Under the pieces are notes generated by a model that had not been told where the DNA came from, ran no database searches, and saw nothing but the letters and a program-made list of their open reading frames with translations. Positions 1 through 8,722 of a stretch of 13,195 nucleotides of DNA are shown here, piece by piece. The stretch spans positions 64,001 to 77,195 of the forward strand of contig NW_022715116.1 of assembly GCF_011630105.1 (NCBI RefSeq), written 5' to 3'. The translations under genes and the position numbers were made by a program. Position 1 is the stretch's first letter. The number at the start of each line of letters is the position of its first letter. Origin of the DNA: Anneissia japonica (Eukaryota).

Positions 1-190
1 CGTAGGACGCGTTATGAATGACAAAATATTCTCTGTATCTACTGGAACCGAGCCACATAGCTTGTATTCCACTATTTGCATTCACACCTGGGCTGTGTAT
101 ATTGCCTTGGTTTGGCTCTGTAATCGTCAGTGGTCGTGGGACTAGTTTGGGCCCTACCTAAGCTGGTCGAACGTTTAGTTTCGGTCTATA

Positions 191-248
191 CCCTAGCTGC
201 ACTGATGAGGCCTGGAAGGCCGAAACGGATCCGTCTGCAGATATTGGG
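191..248 (+). ncRNA. Type I hammerhead self-cleaving ribozyme motif (helix I open-ended), predicted cleavage 3' of C235
   Basis: Seen directly in sequence. Helix I 5' strand is cTGCA (197-201). Core is CUGAUGA (202-208). Helix II is GGCC/GGCC (209-212 and 218-221) with loop UGGAA. Then GAAA (222-225), followed by C226, the palindromic helix III CGGAUCCG (226-233) and the cleavage-site U234 C235. Helix I 3' strand UGCAG (236-240) is the exact complement of 197-201, with a further possible ccc/ggg extension at 191-193 and 246-248. Every conserved hammerhead core nucleotide is present in the correct order for the type I topology. The very short palindromic helix III is typical of metazoan genomic hammerheads found in Penelope-like elements, retrozymes and satellite transcripts. 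Confidence 0.75.
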
Positions 249-464
249 ATTCCTTCCAGTGGATGCTAGTTAATTTTGTCATTCTTGTTCCGTTTTAATT
301 TTAAATAGTTTTGCATTATGTGGCCGTTTGCTGTTTTATGGGTTTTTCCCATTTGCCTTTTAAAATTTATATATTATTAAAGAATCTCTATTGATTTTCT
401 CTACTGTTCCGTTTTAATTTTATATATACATCTAGATGTTATATATATCATATCATAAGTATTT

Positions 465-667
465 CAATTTGCATATGTATGTTATGTTAATCAAATAAAT
501 AACGACACATTATAGGCGACACGATAGTACAGTAACCGAAAGGTCCACTTATCGTATCGCCATCGTATCGGGATTCAATTGAATCCCGATACGATGGCGT
601 GCATTTCGATACTTGGAGTATGTATTATACTATCTTATCTGAGATTAATCAGTGGACCTTTCGGTTA
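465..667. mobile_element. Foldback / MITE-like repeat, copy 1 (~70-bp leader plus long imperfect hairpin; left arm carries an internal ~50-bp deletion)
   Basis: 465-540 is ~93% identical to 2814-2890. From 533, taaccgaaaggtccac...gggattcaa|ttgaatccc...gtggacctttcggtta forms a palindrome centred at 578/579. The right arm (579-667) is the reverse complement of the left arm, except for a deletion in the left arm. Confidence 0.6.
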
Positions 668-987
668 TTAATTGATGAAACAATACAAGTTAAACAACAA
701 ACTTTGTTTAGAATATTAAAACTTTGTATTATGACGAACGTGCAATATGATCTAATAACAAGGAGAAAATAAAACACTAATAAAAATTTTAAACATCAAT
801 ACTGTATTAATTATTTGGGGGAAATAGATTTAAAAACAGTTTTAATGTGGACATATTTGATTTGTAAATAAAGTGCATGTAATACTGACACCATATACAA
901 AAAATAAACGATTGCATATGTTGACATAATAGAGAATAACATTTACTGTGTGTTCTTAAAGCATTAAACAAACTTCAGAAAAATTAC

Positions 988-1757
988 CTGAAAAGGAGTT
1001 TTTCAGTCGGAGTGAACATTGCTGCTGTCAGTTTATTTGCTAAGCCTAAATTACCCACGTGTCCATAGTATGCAGAGCAGGGCAAGTCCTTAGGTTTCAT
1101 ACAAAACCATGGCTCTCCGGTTATTTTATCAGTGTAGTTGCATAATTCATTTGCAGTCGAAAGTTGCACATGGCATAGTACTTTTCTTTTTGTTTTACGG
1201 AGTTGAAATATCCCAGTGTATGTCATTCGAATCGGATTGGTTTCACGTACACGTTGCATAGCTGCAATTGCCTCACTACTATGTACCAGTTGTACATTGA
1301 TAGTCACAAAACCACTCCATCTCAGTGTAAAATATGCGCTATATGAACCGTTGTTGTGATCAACTACTTCCCCATCTGTAGGCGCACTTGCTTTTAATGT
1401 TGTAGAGAATATTTTGGCGCGAAAATAATCACCTCCTATTTGCTTATTAGTGTTAAACTGGTCACGTGCTTGAATTATTACGTGGATCTTGTCGCATATA
1501 TTATACGAGATTTGCTGATTTTCAATACTGAAAGTACAATGTTTAGGGTCTGTAATGTGCTGGGTTTTTTTAATGTCCCGGTAGACGTCTGTTAAATTCA
1601 GGATCGATTCATTTTGATGAAGTGCTGATGATGTCAACGTTGGTACAATGCGTGAATAATTTCCGTACTTTCTTTTGCCAGAATGATTGTTGATATTATG
1701 GTGAATATGCTTATATCCAGCAATTTTCGGTAGAGTACTGCGATAATCAAATTTTTT
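988..1757 (-). CDS. Internal coding exon of an NXPE-family gene (neurexophilin and PC-esterase domain family), covering the N-terminal neurexophilin-like domain
   Basis: On the minus strand the frame is open from 1763 down to 988. The ORF-track 'M' at 1637 is a TTG, not an ATG; the frame simply continues upstream. Translation is KKFDYRSTLPKIAGYKH...SILNLTDVYRDI...YNICDKIHVIIQARDQFNTNKQIGGDYFRAKIFSTTLKASAPTDGEVVDHNNGSYSAYFTLRWSGFVTINVQLVHSSEAIAAMQRVRETNPIRMTY...LCNYTDKITGEPWFCMKPKDLPCSAYYGH...LTAAMF. I recognise this as collinear with the conserved block of vertebrate NXPE proteins (pattern: YGGDYLQARIHS...VVDYQNGFY..FTLLWPG...LVHPSEGI...[24 protein letters not shown]...LLTAAES). The exon is bounded by a canonical acceptor (minus strand tttttgatttCAG|AAA, AG at 1759-1758) and a canonical donor (minus strand TTCAG|GTAATT, GT at 987-986). 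No in-frame ATG start and no stop are present, so this is an internal exon. Further exons should lie beyond 1760 (5' side) and below 988 (3' side, the PC-esterase part). Confidence 0.7.
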
Positions 1758-1825
1758 CTGAAATCAAAAAGAGTTGATTAATTATATTAACGGAAATACT
1801 TTATAGGCATTTCAATGGAGTGAAC

Positions 1826-1900
1826 ACACGCGCCTGACAGTCGTCGGCCGGAGCGATTCCATAAAGTCCGCAACGCGACGAAAGCGACGCTTGCAATGCA
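1826..1900. repeat. GC-rich conserved block, copy 1 (homologous to 5570-5650)
   Basis: acac..tcgtcggccgg[a/c]gcgattccat.....ccgcaacgcgac.a.g is shared with 5570-5650 at about 80% identity over ~60 bp. It is a GC island in AT-rich surroundings. Its function is unknown; it may be a TE 5'UTR/promoter piece or a small conserved non-coding element. Confidence 0.45.
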
Positions 1901-2000
1901 CTCACCAAGATGGAAAGCGGAAACGCGTTCGTCCTACTACGCAGTCTATGCCCGGCTTTTTAAAATCGATATATCACTTTAATCTTTGATGTTGTGAGAA

Positions 2001-2024
2001 ATATATGCATATACATATACATAT

Positions 2025-2057
<33 letters not shown>

Positions 2058-2086
2058 CATATATATATACATACATACATATATAT
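2001..2086. repeat. Compound microsatellite (ACATAT)n/(AT)n
   Basis: Direct reading: atatatgcatatacatatacatatatatacatatacatat... Confidence 0.9.
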
Positions 2087-2118
2087 CAATGGGTCTAAAT
2101 GAAACATTCCTGTAATGC

Positions 2119-2156
2119 CTGTCTCTTATACACATCTAGATGTGTATAAGAGACAG
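2119..2156. other. Illumina Nextera mate-pair junction adapter (Tn5 mosaic end CTGTCTCTTATACACATCT plus its reverse complement AGATGTGTATAAGAGACAG); library-derived contaminant and assembly artefact
   Basis: Perfect 38/38 match to the circularisation junction adapter. The 32 bp immediately to its left (2087-2118, caatgggtctaaatgaaacattcctgtaatgc) are identical to 3717-3748, which lies inside the satellite array. Confidence 0.95.
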
Positions 2157-2813
2157 GACTACGTGTGTGCACACAGTGTTACAGTGGAATATGTAATTAT
2201 AGTCAGGTTCTAAAAGGACACTATAAAGTAGATGCCAAAGGAGACATTATTTTATAAAGACAATTGCCTGAATCCTTCAGTAAATAGGGCCTACATATTA
2301 TCATCACTTCCATCAACGTCGTCGCCACTGCCGTTGTCATTGTCATTATCGTCAAGATTTTATTTAGATAGGATATTATCTTTTAGCTAAACAGATGGGT
2401 TTTTTTTCATATATTTGAAATTATTTTGCTAATCATTAGCTTACCAAGAAACACTATGGATATATATCCAACATGCCGTTCGTTGTGCATTACGAAAGCA
2501 AGACTGTAAGCAAGACTGACATGGAGGAAAACTAATTCCTCCATGTTTACGGTTAGGGTCTAGGAAGCTCCACCAATCAACATCCTCGGATTAACTTAAG
2601 TTTGTCGGAACAATTTCCACGGCCAAGAAAATTGTACTTATACCCATTAAATTTCTTGCCGCAATTTAATGATTTTTGTTGTAAAACGTCTTTAAATAAC
2701 TGAACATTATTTCTTTTTTATCTGTAGCATAAATACAATTTTTAAAGTTTTATATTTATTTTTTTCCCTTTCGCACGTTAGTTATTTTTTGTGGCAATAC
2801 AGCAGCAGAAGTA

Positions 2814-3078
2814 CAATTTGCATATGTATGTTATGTTAAGCAAATAAATAACGACACGTTATAGGCGACAAGATAGTATAGTAACCGAAAGGTCCACTGA
2901 TTAATCTCAGATAAGATAGTATAATACATACTCCTAGTATCAAAATGCACGCCATCGTGTCGGGATTCAACGGGATTCAATATTGAATCCCGATACGATG
3001 GCGTGCATTTCGATAATTGGAGTATGTATTATACTATCTTATCTGAGATTAATCGGTGGAACTTTCGGTTATAGGCGA
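2814..3078. mobile_element. Foldback / MITE-like repeat, copy 2 (full-length hairpin with ~95-bp arms)
   Basis: The leader at 2814-2890 matches 465-540. The left arm 2883-2980 (taaccgaaaggtccactgattaatctcagataagatagtataatacatactcc...gggattcaa) is the near-perfect reverse complement of the right arm 2984-3071 (ttgaatccc...ggagtatgtattatactatcttatctgagattaatcggtggaactttcggtta). 'ttataggcgac' occurs directly before the hairpin (2859-2870) and 'taggcgac' directly after it (3071-3078). Confidence 0.65.
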
Positions 3079-3523
3079 CGGGTGGGCAAAATTCGGTCCG
3101 AAGATAATTTATGCTAAACCCTCTTTAACGGTCTGATGCCGATCATCAGTAAAAAAAGTAGTAGTAGCAAAACTGAGCATAAAGCTGCATAAAAGCAGTG
3201 CACAAATCCAATTTTATGTGCGACCCATTACATTAATCACTGCATCGGTTACTGATATATATTATATTGATGAAACTTATGAATTGAGTGATTATAATTA
3301 TAATTGGTTTTCCCAGCAGTACTGGGAAAAGTCATTGTTTTTGTTCTTATTTTTTTCCTTTTTTTCTTGCCTATATTTTTTCTATCCATTTGCACTGCTT
3401 TTCTCTGGCCGTCACTTTGGTCGCTTCCCATTCTTCGAATTTTTCCGTGCTTTGCCGAAACATAGGCCATATATATCAAGGATGTTCCTCCTCAACAGTG
3501 TCAATCTATGGTGGGGTGTGCGT

Positions 3524-4324
3524 GTGAGGACCAATTAAAGTGATTTAAGGTCAAACAGTCAACACCGGATATTCCAAAAACCGGTCAGTTGATGTGAATG
3601 AAAAGTTTAATCAAGGAAGACGTTTTTATGCGTTAGTGGCGATCCAGTGAAGGGTGTAAATTGGAGGGTCTTTTCAATTTTTCAGGACCCAGACCTAAAT
3701 ATCTCTTTAAAAAAAACAATGGGTCTAAATGAAACATTCCTGTAATGCTTTGTAAAGGTCTTGTAAAAAATAATTAAATTTTTGTGGCGATCTCCAGTAT
3801 GGTGTGGATCTGAGGACCATTTAAAGGAAAACGTCCCAGACCACATATTTCGAAAACGGATCAACTGATCTGAATGGAACTTTCGGAAAAAGTTTAACCA
3901 AGTTACAGGGAAGAATTATTGTGTGCTGGAGATGAATCAGTCAAGGTTGTAAATGGGAGGGTTATTTTAATGTTTGAGGACCCAGACCTATCTCTTAAAA
4001 AAAAATCAATGGGTATACTTTAAACCTTGTATAACAGTTTGTCAAGGTCGAGTAAAGAAATTATTAAATTTTAGTGACGATCCGGGCAGGGAACAGTGTA
4101 ATTTCACTGTTCGCTGATCCGGGGTAGGGTGTAGTGAGGACCATTGAAAGGAAAACGTCCCAGACCACATTATTTCGAAAACGGATCAAATGATTTGAAT
4201 GAAACATTCGAAAAAATTTAACCAAGTTACAAGGAAGATAGTATTATGTGCTGGCGACGAATCAGTCGAGGGTGTACATTGGAGGGTCATTAAATTTTTT
4301 TTAGATCCCAGACGTAAATATCAT
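3524..4324. repeat. Satellite-like tandem repeat, ~2.6 copies of a ~300-320-bp unit, each unit made of two related ~150-bp sub-units
   Basis: Unit starts are gtgaggacca(a/t)t(t/g)aaag at 3524, 3812 and 4134. Recurrent blocks within units include 'gaggacccagacct...aaaaaaaa(t)caatgggt', 'gtggcgatcc' and 'ggagggtc'. Homology decays at ~4324. Confidence 0.8.
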
Positions 4325-4899
4325 TATTCATTACATTAACATCAATTAAATTCGAGTATTTGCAGTTCATTCAATTATCAATTCAACTACAAATATATAA
4401 TTAGCAATTCCTAAAATGATTTACAAACCATTTAATAACCAGCTGGTGGTGGACGGTGGAACCCGATGATGCTCGCAAGCAAAGGCGGACAAAAAGTACT
4501 ACCGCCGCGATTGGTACTGTCTGTATTCTTATTCTTATTCTTTTATTTCCAATTAAAACAGACAAAACACATAAAATCAACTGGGTGAGCTGGATGGAAA
4601 CACTAAAGCGAACTTAATCACTGTGACTAATGTCAGTGTTTCCCACTCACCCAGTTTCACATAAAATAAATACTATATACAAGATAAACATATAAAATAT
4701 TTAAAAAGATATCAAAATCTATTACATAGAAAATGTGAAAATGTGTTACATTTGTTTAAACACATTAACAATTGCGAATTGCGTATATTTACCGATTATC
4801 ATAAATTGATTTCATTAATTTATAAATAAAACAAATGATAAGGTACCTTAATTAAGTTCAAAATGATAATAAGAGTTGATCCAGTAATAGATACCGTAT

Positions 4900-5252
4900 T
4901 AACCGTGTACACAAAGCGACTTGGCCTAATTTCTAAATCCAAAGAAAAATGTAAAAAAACAAAAAAAACAAAACAAAAAAAAAACAACTTAATTTTCAAT
5001 TCTTTCTAACCTTAAGATTTAATTGTTTTTAACTCACATCAAATATGTTCACTGGAATTAGTAAACATTTCTGTAACACCATCAAAAGAACGACAGCGCA
5101 AATTAGGAAACAAAATATAGTACGGAAATTCAGATATCTTTGTTGATGCATTGTTGACGTTTGCTCGAAAGTCGTGTTCAATAATTATAAGAATATTCTC
5201 TTCTTCGGTGGTATCGCAGTGTTCAATTATACATGTATTACGTGTTACGCGT
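4900..5252 (+). repeat. Dispersed repeat of unknown family, copy A (~350 bp), homologous to 12540-12829
   Basis: aagcgacttggcctaatttctaaatccaaagaaaaatgtaaaaaaa ... aactcacatcaaatatgttcactgg...gaacgacagcgcaaattaggaaacaaaata..gtacggaaattcagat...ttgttgatgcattgttgac...ggtatcgcagtgt...catgtattacgtg is ~80% identical to the block at 12540-12829, in the same orientation. Confidence 0.7.
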
Positions 5253-5569
5253 CATCAAACATAATGAATACACAACGAATTGAGATTCGGACCAAAAATA
5301 ATAATAATCGATACCTCTCGGTCAAAGGACATCCGATCAATTACTCGTGGAACTATCCATTAGGTCAATACTTTCATATACAGTTGGTTAAGCCTTCTCA
5401 GGGTCATTATCGTAATTAATAATTATTTTAACTGTTCCCTGGTTTTACATTGTTTATTTATTAGCCATTCCGACCCTCTTATTGCTGTTAGTTTAGTTTA
5501 TCCACTAAGGGCTACAGTACTGCAAGACAAGAAAATGTTAAAGGGTGGTCTCAATACCTCCATGTTTTT

Positions 5570-5650
5570 ATTGAAAAATATGACACACAAGCGGCCGATG
5601 TTCGTCGGCCGGCGCGATTCCATGACGACCGCAACGCGACAAGGCGCGGG
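5570..5650. repeat. GC-rich conserved block, copy 2 (homologous to 1826-1900)
   Basis: acacaagcggccgatgttcgtcggccggcgcgattccatgacgaccgcaacgcgacaaggcgcgggc versus 1826-1900. It lies within the minus-strand ORF 5498-5872, which has no recognisable protein similarity. Confidence 0.45.
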
Positions 5651-5825
5651 CAACGGACAATTTCCAATTCGCTCATCCTGCCATCGACAACAAGCAGAAG
5701 GCGTCGCACCGATTACTTGATACTTTAAACAAATGTAATATTTTGATGTCAAAAAGTACAATAGCGAGTACTCACAGCAGAATAACAAACGACTTATATA
5801 AATGCACGTAATATAAATAAACATA

Positions 5826-6235
5826 TTGAAGAAAAAAAATCTCAATTTATTAAAACATACAGTTTCTGTCATTGGAATTACAGATACATGGTTAAACGAA
5901 AATTCACACTTACCTGACCTGCAAAACTATGATTTCCCTCATGTAAATAGCCAAAATATAAAAGGGGTTAGTGTTGGCATCTATATGCATGAACATATGA
6001 ACGCTATTGAAAGAACGACATCAAACCCGAAAATAATATCTGTGAAAGTTTATTTATAAATTCCTAGTAAAAATAAAAACATCATACAGTAATAGGAATA
6101 GTATACAGAGCACCTGACCTCTCCGCCAATGAATTTTCAACGGAAATCGACAACATTAATATCTAAAAGTTTCTTAGAAGTCAACGAGAGCACACGTACA
6201 TTGATCGTCTCTCCGATTGTGATTTTTAATCGGAC
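5826..6235 (+). mobile_element. Degraded LINE fragment: APE-endonuclease domain of a non-LTR retrotransposon ORF2 (pseudogene)
   Basis: LLKHTVSVIGITDTWLNE...LPDLQNYDFPHVNSQNIKGVSVGIYMHEHMN corresponds to the APE motifs D(I/V)..(L/I)TETWL, IPGY and GGGVAIYV. It continues after a stop and frameshift with VIGIVYRAPDLSANEF (the YRPP motif) up to ~6235. The order matches the ORF2 N-terminus at 7940-8640. Confidence 0.6.
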
Positions 6236-6344
6236 AATTATGTGCTAACCTTTTATGGGTATTTCTTCGTTGGCTCAACTAATATTGTATTCTCATAGGT
6301 ATTACAATCCATTAGGAAATTAGAATTTTTGTTTCCCTTCAATA

Positions 6345-7083
6345 ATGAGCCATACCAGAAGCCAGACACAAGATCAACAGGCTATTGCAAAACAACAACA
6401 GGCTATCGCAAAACATGTGGTAGTCGAATTGTTGTCTAGCGTGGATTTTAAAAATGTTTTAAAAAGCCATATTGAAGAGGCATTTGCAAGCCCAGCTGTA
6501 TTGAAACAACTTGGCGTTCTTATTAGTAAGCAAATAACTCCAATAGCGGGATGACATCCATTCACTCACCGTCCAAGTTAATAAACTACAAGTGAGTGAA
6601 GACAGCATTATTGATAGGCTTACCGATATTGAAACGTCGATGGACGAACTAGAACTATATAGCCGGAGAAATTGTCTTCGTTTTTTCGGCATTGAAGGAC
6701 AGACCTCTGAGAATACGGATAGTGTCATCATTAAATTGGTTAACTCTGATTTGGATATCAATCTTACTCTAGACGACATTGATAGATCTCACCGTATTGG
6801 AAAGCAGATGGCAGGCAAAGCAAGGCCCATTATCGTGAAGTTTTGCCGCTATCACAAACGCAATGAAATTATTAAGGCTAGAAAAAAACTAAAAGGTACT
6901 CGTAGATCAATCCAGGAAGATCTCACAAGATATCGACGAGACTTAATAATTGCACTCAAAAAGAAGGAATGTGTTACAGCTTCGTGGTCAATCGATGGTC
7001 GTATCTACGCAGCGATTCGTGAGCAAAACGGCAAAGAAAATATGAAAAGAATTATATCCTTGGACGATATTAGGAAACTATAG
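6345..7083 (+). pseudogene. LINE ORF1 (L1-type ORF1p: coiled-coil plus RRM/Transposase_22-like plus CTD) with one frameshift near 6547-6554
   Basis: The N-terminal part (6345-6554) is glutamine- and alanine-rich and coiled-coil-like. After a 1-bp frame change the reading continues ...DDIHSLTVQVNKLQVSEDSIIDRL..ELYSRRNCLRFFGIEGQTSENTDSVIIKLVN...IDRSHRIGKQMAGKARPIIVKFCRYHKRNEIIKARKKLKGTRRSIQEDLTRYRRDLIIALKKKE...WSIDGRIYAAIREQNGKENMKRIISLDDIRKL. The patterns SRRNNLRI.GI.E, ..AHR.G.....RPII.KF and EDL are the L1 ORF1p RRM/CTD signature. The ORF-track 'M' at 6592 is a GTG. Confidence 0.65.
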
Positions 7084-7796
7084 GTCCAGGACTTATGTTC
7101 GGAACTTTAAAATAAAACGTTATATATTTTTTTTCATATTATAGAACATGATGTTAATTTTTTTACTAAGTTCCAGAAATCGTTATTCTGTTTATCTGTT
7201 ATGATGAAAAGTACTTTTTATTGGCATCATTAGTAAAATGTGCACATTCCGTAAGTCACGGTATTTTAATTATTCACCTGTACGCACAGTTCAATCATTA
7301 TGTAATTATTTGCTGCCAAATAGGTGAACTTATAACTTGCTCTTTAATATTTTATTGTGAGAGAATAATGTCCTGTTTCACCTTTAAAAAAAATTGCTTT
7401 TCTTCCATGAAGCATGTCACAATACCCTTCCTTGTTTTTCATGCCTCCCTGTCTCTAAATACTATTATAAGACCATAGGCTTATATCTTGTGAGTCTCGA
7501 AGTAATATTTGCCCGTTAACATTTACTGAACATAAACGGTATTACTGTTTTCAAAAATAATATTTATTATCTTATGTATCTTATCTTATATTTAATAATT
7601 GTTTTAAATTTTTTGTTTAATTTAATTATTGTATTAGATAAATTATGTCATGCTTTATATGCAACATAACTTCTTCTGAGAACATATTATGTCCATCATG
7701 TGTGTTTCCTTTAAACCATTATTATAAGGACAATGAATTTTTATATCAAATAAAAGTTTTTTCGGGGACCAGGTAGACCTCGTTAAGTTAAATGAT

Positions 7797-8688
7797 TTGT
7801 GTTTCAATCCATTTGATATTGATCTTGAGCATTCTAATTCAAACAATAATTTCCTTTTTCCAGATAATAATTACGCATGTAACTACAATTTCATTGACTC
7901 CTTTAATCAGAATTATTCAAATGAAGATTACTCATTTAGCATATTCAATTTAAATACCAGAAGTTTAGTAAAACACTTTGACGAAGTAAATGACTACTTG
8001 GATCTTCTTAAGCACAAATTTTCAGCTTTATGTTTTACAGAAACTTTCTTTAATGAAAACTCAACAAATTATTCTTTTTATCATATTCCTGGTTATAATC
8101 TTATTCATAATTCTAGAAATCAGAGAAAAGGTGGAGGTGTGGCTAAACACGTTATATCGTCATTGCGGACTTATAAAATCCGCATACGCTATAAAACTAA
8201 AAGAAAATGCATACTTTTGGAGTCCGTACTGAGCCCAAAAAATCCGCAATGAAAATATAAAGTATCTTTTTAGAAATAAATTATCAACCTAAAAACATAA
8301 TTCTCGGAGCTATATATCGTTTAGGAGAATTCCCCATCAACTTATTTAGTAGTAACGTCTCTCAAATTCTTCATATTATTAATAGGGAAAATAAGATTGC
8401 GTATCTCGCTGGAGACTTCAATATTAACCTCTTAAACTGCACAGACAATCAAATATCAGAATTTATTAATATAATGTTTAACTCAAATGTTTATCCTCTA
8501 GCAACGAAATCCACGCGAATAACAACAAAAACAGCTACACTTATTGATAACGTATTTACAAATAACATTTTAGACAAAATCTCCCCTGGTATTTTAGTGT
8601 CCGATATATCTGATCATTATCCCATATTTTTTCTTAATACATAATAATAGATTCCAAATATCTAAACCAGCTATAAATAAAAATTCCG

Positions 8689-8722
<34 letters not shown>

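Noticed and set aside
1-13. cgtaggacgcgtt at the window start resembling the reverse complement of aacgcgttcgtcctactacg at 1922-1941
   Set aside because: It needs two indels to align, is short, and has no consistent flanking structure; it is probably coincidental.
1625-1631. Second CTGATGA heptamer (possible hammerhead core)
   Set aside because: It lies inside the NXPE coding exon and has no downstream helix II plus GAAA and no complementary helix I strand, so it is a chance match. A palindromic CTGATGATCGGCATCAG motif at 3131-3147 also lacks the GAAA and helix arrangement.
2290-2350. Minus-strand acidic stretch (LDDNDNDNGSGDDVDGSDD) suggesting a small exon
   Set aside because: It is too short, lacks flanking splice signals I can justify, and sits immediately beside the adapter artefact. 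It cannot be supported.
3218-3538. Three overlapping ORFs (76-106 aa) with F/L/S-rich low-complexity translations
   Set aside because: Low-complexity T-rich DNA, open in several frames on both strands at once, with no recognisable domain or splice context.
3524-4324. Regularly spaced repeats considered as a possible CRISPR array
   Set aside because: The period is ~300 bp with homologous 'spacers', which is a eukaryotic satellite. The window is metazoan-like, with no cas genes and no 25-40-bp repeat/spacer architecture.
5498-5872. 124-aa minus-strand ORF and overlapping 61-aa plus-strand ORF
   Set aside because: Both are open only because of the GC-rich conserved block (5570-5650), which is stop-poor. 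The translation is low-complexity with no homology I recognise, and there is no start or splice context.
7221-7478. 85-aa ORF between LINE ORF1 and ORF2
   Set aside because: It lies in the AT-rich inter-ORF spacer of the LINE, with no similarity to known ORF1/ORF2 or other domains. It is likely non-coding or a decayed part of the element.
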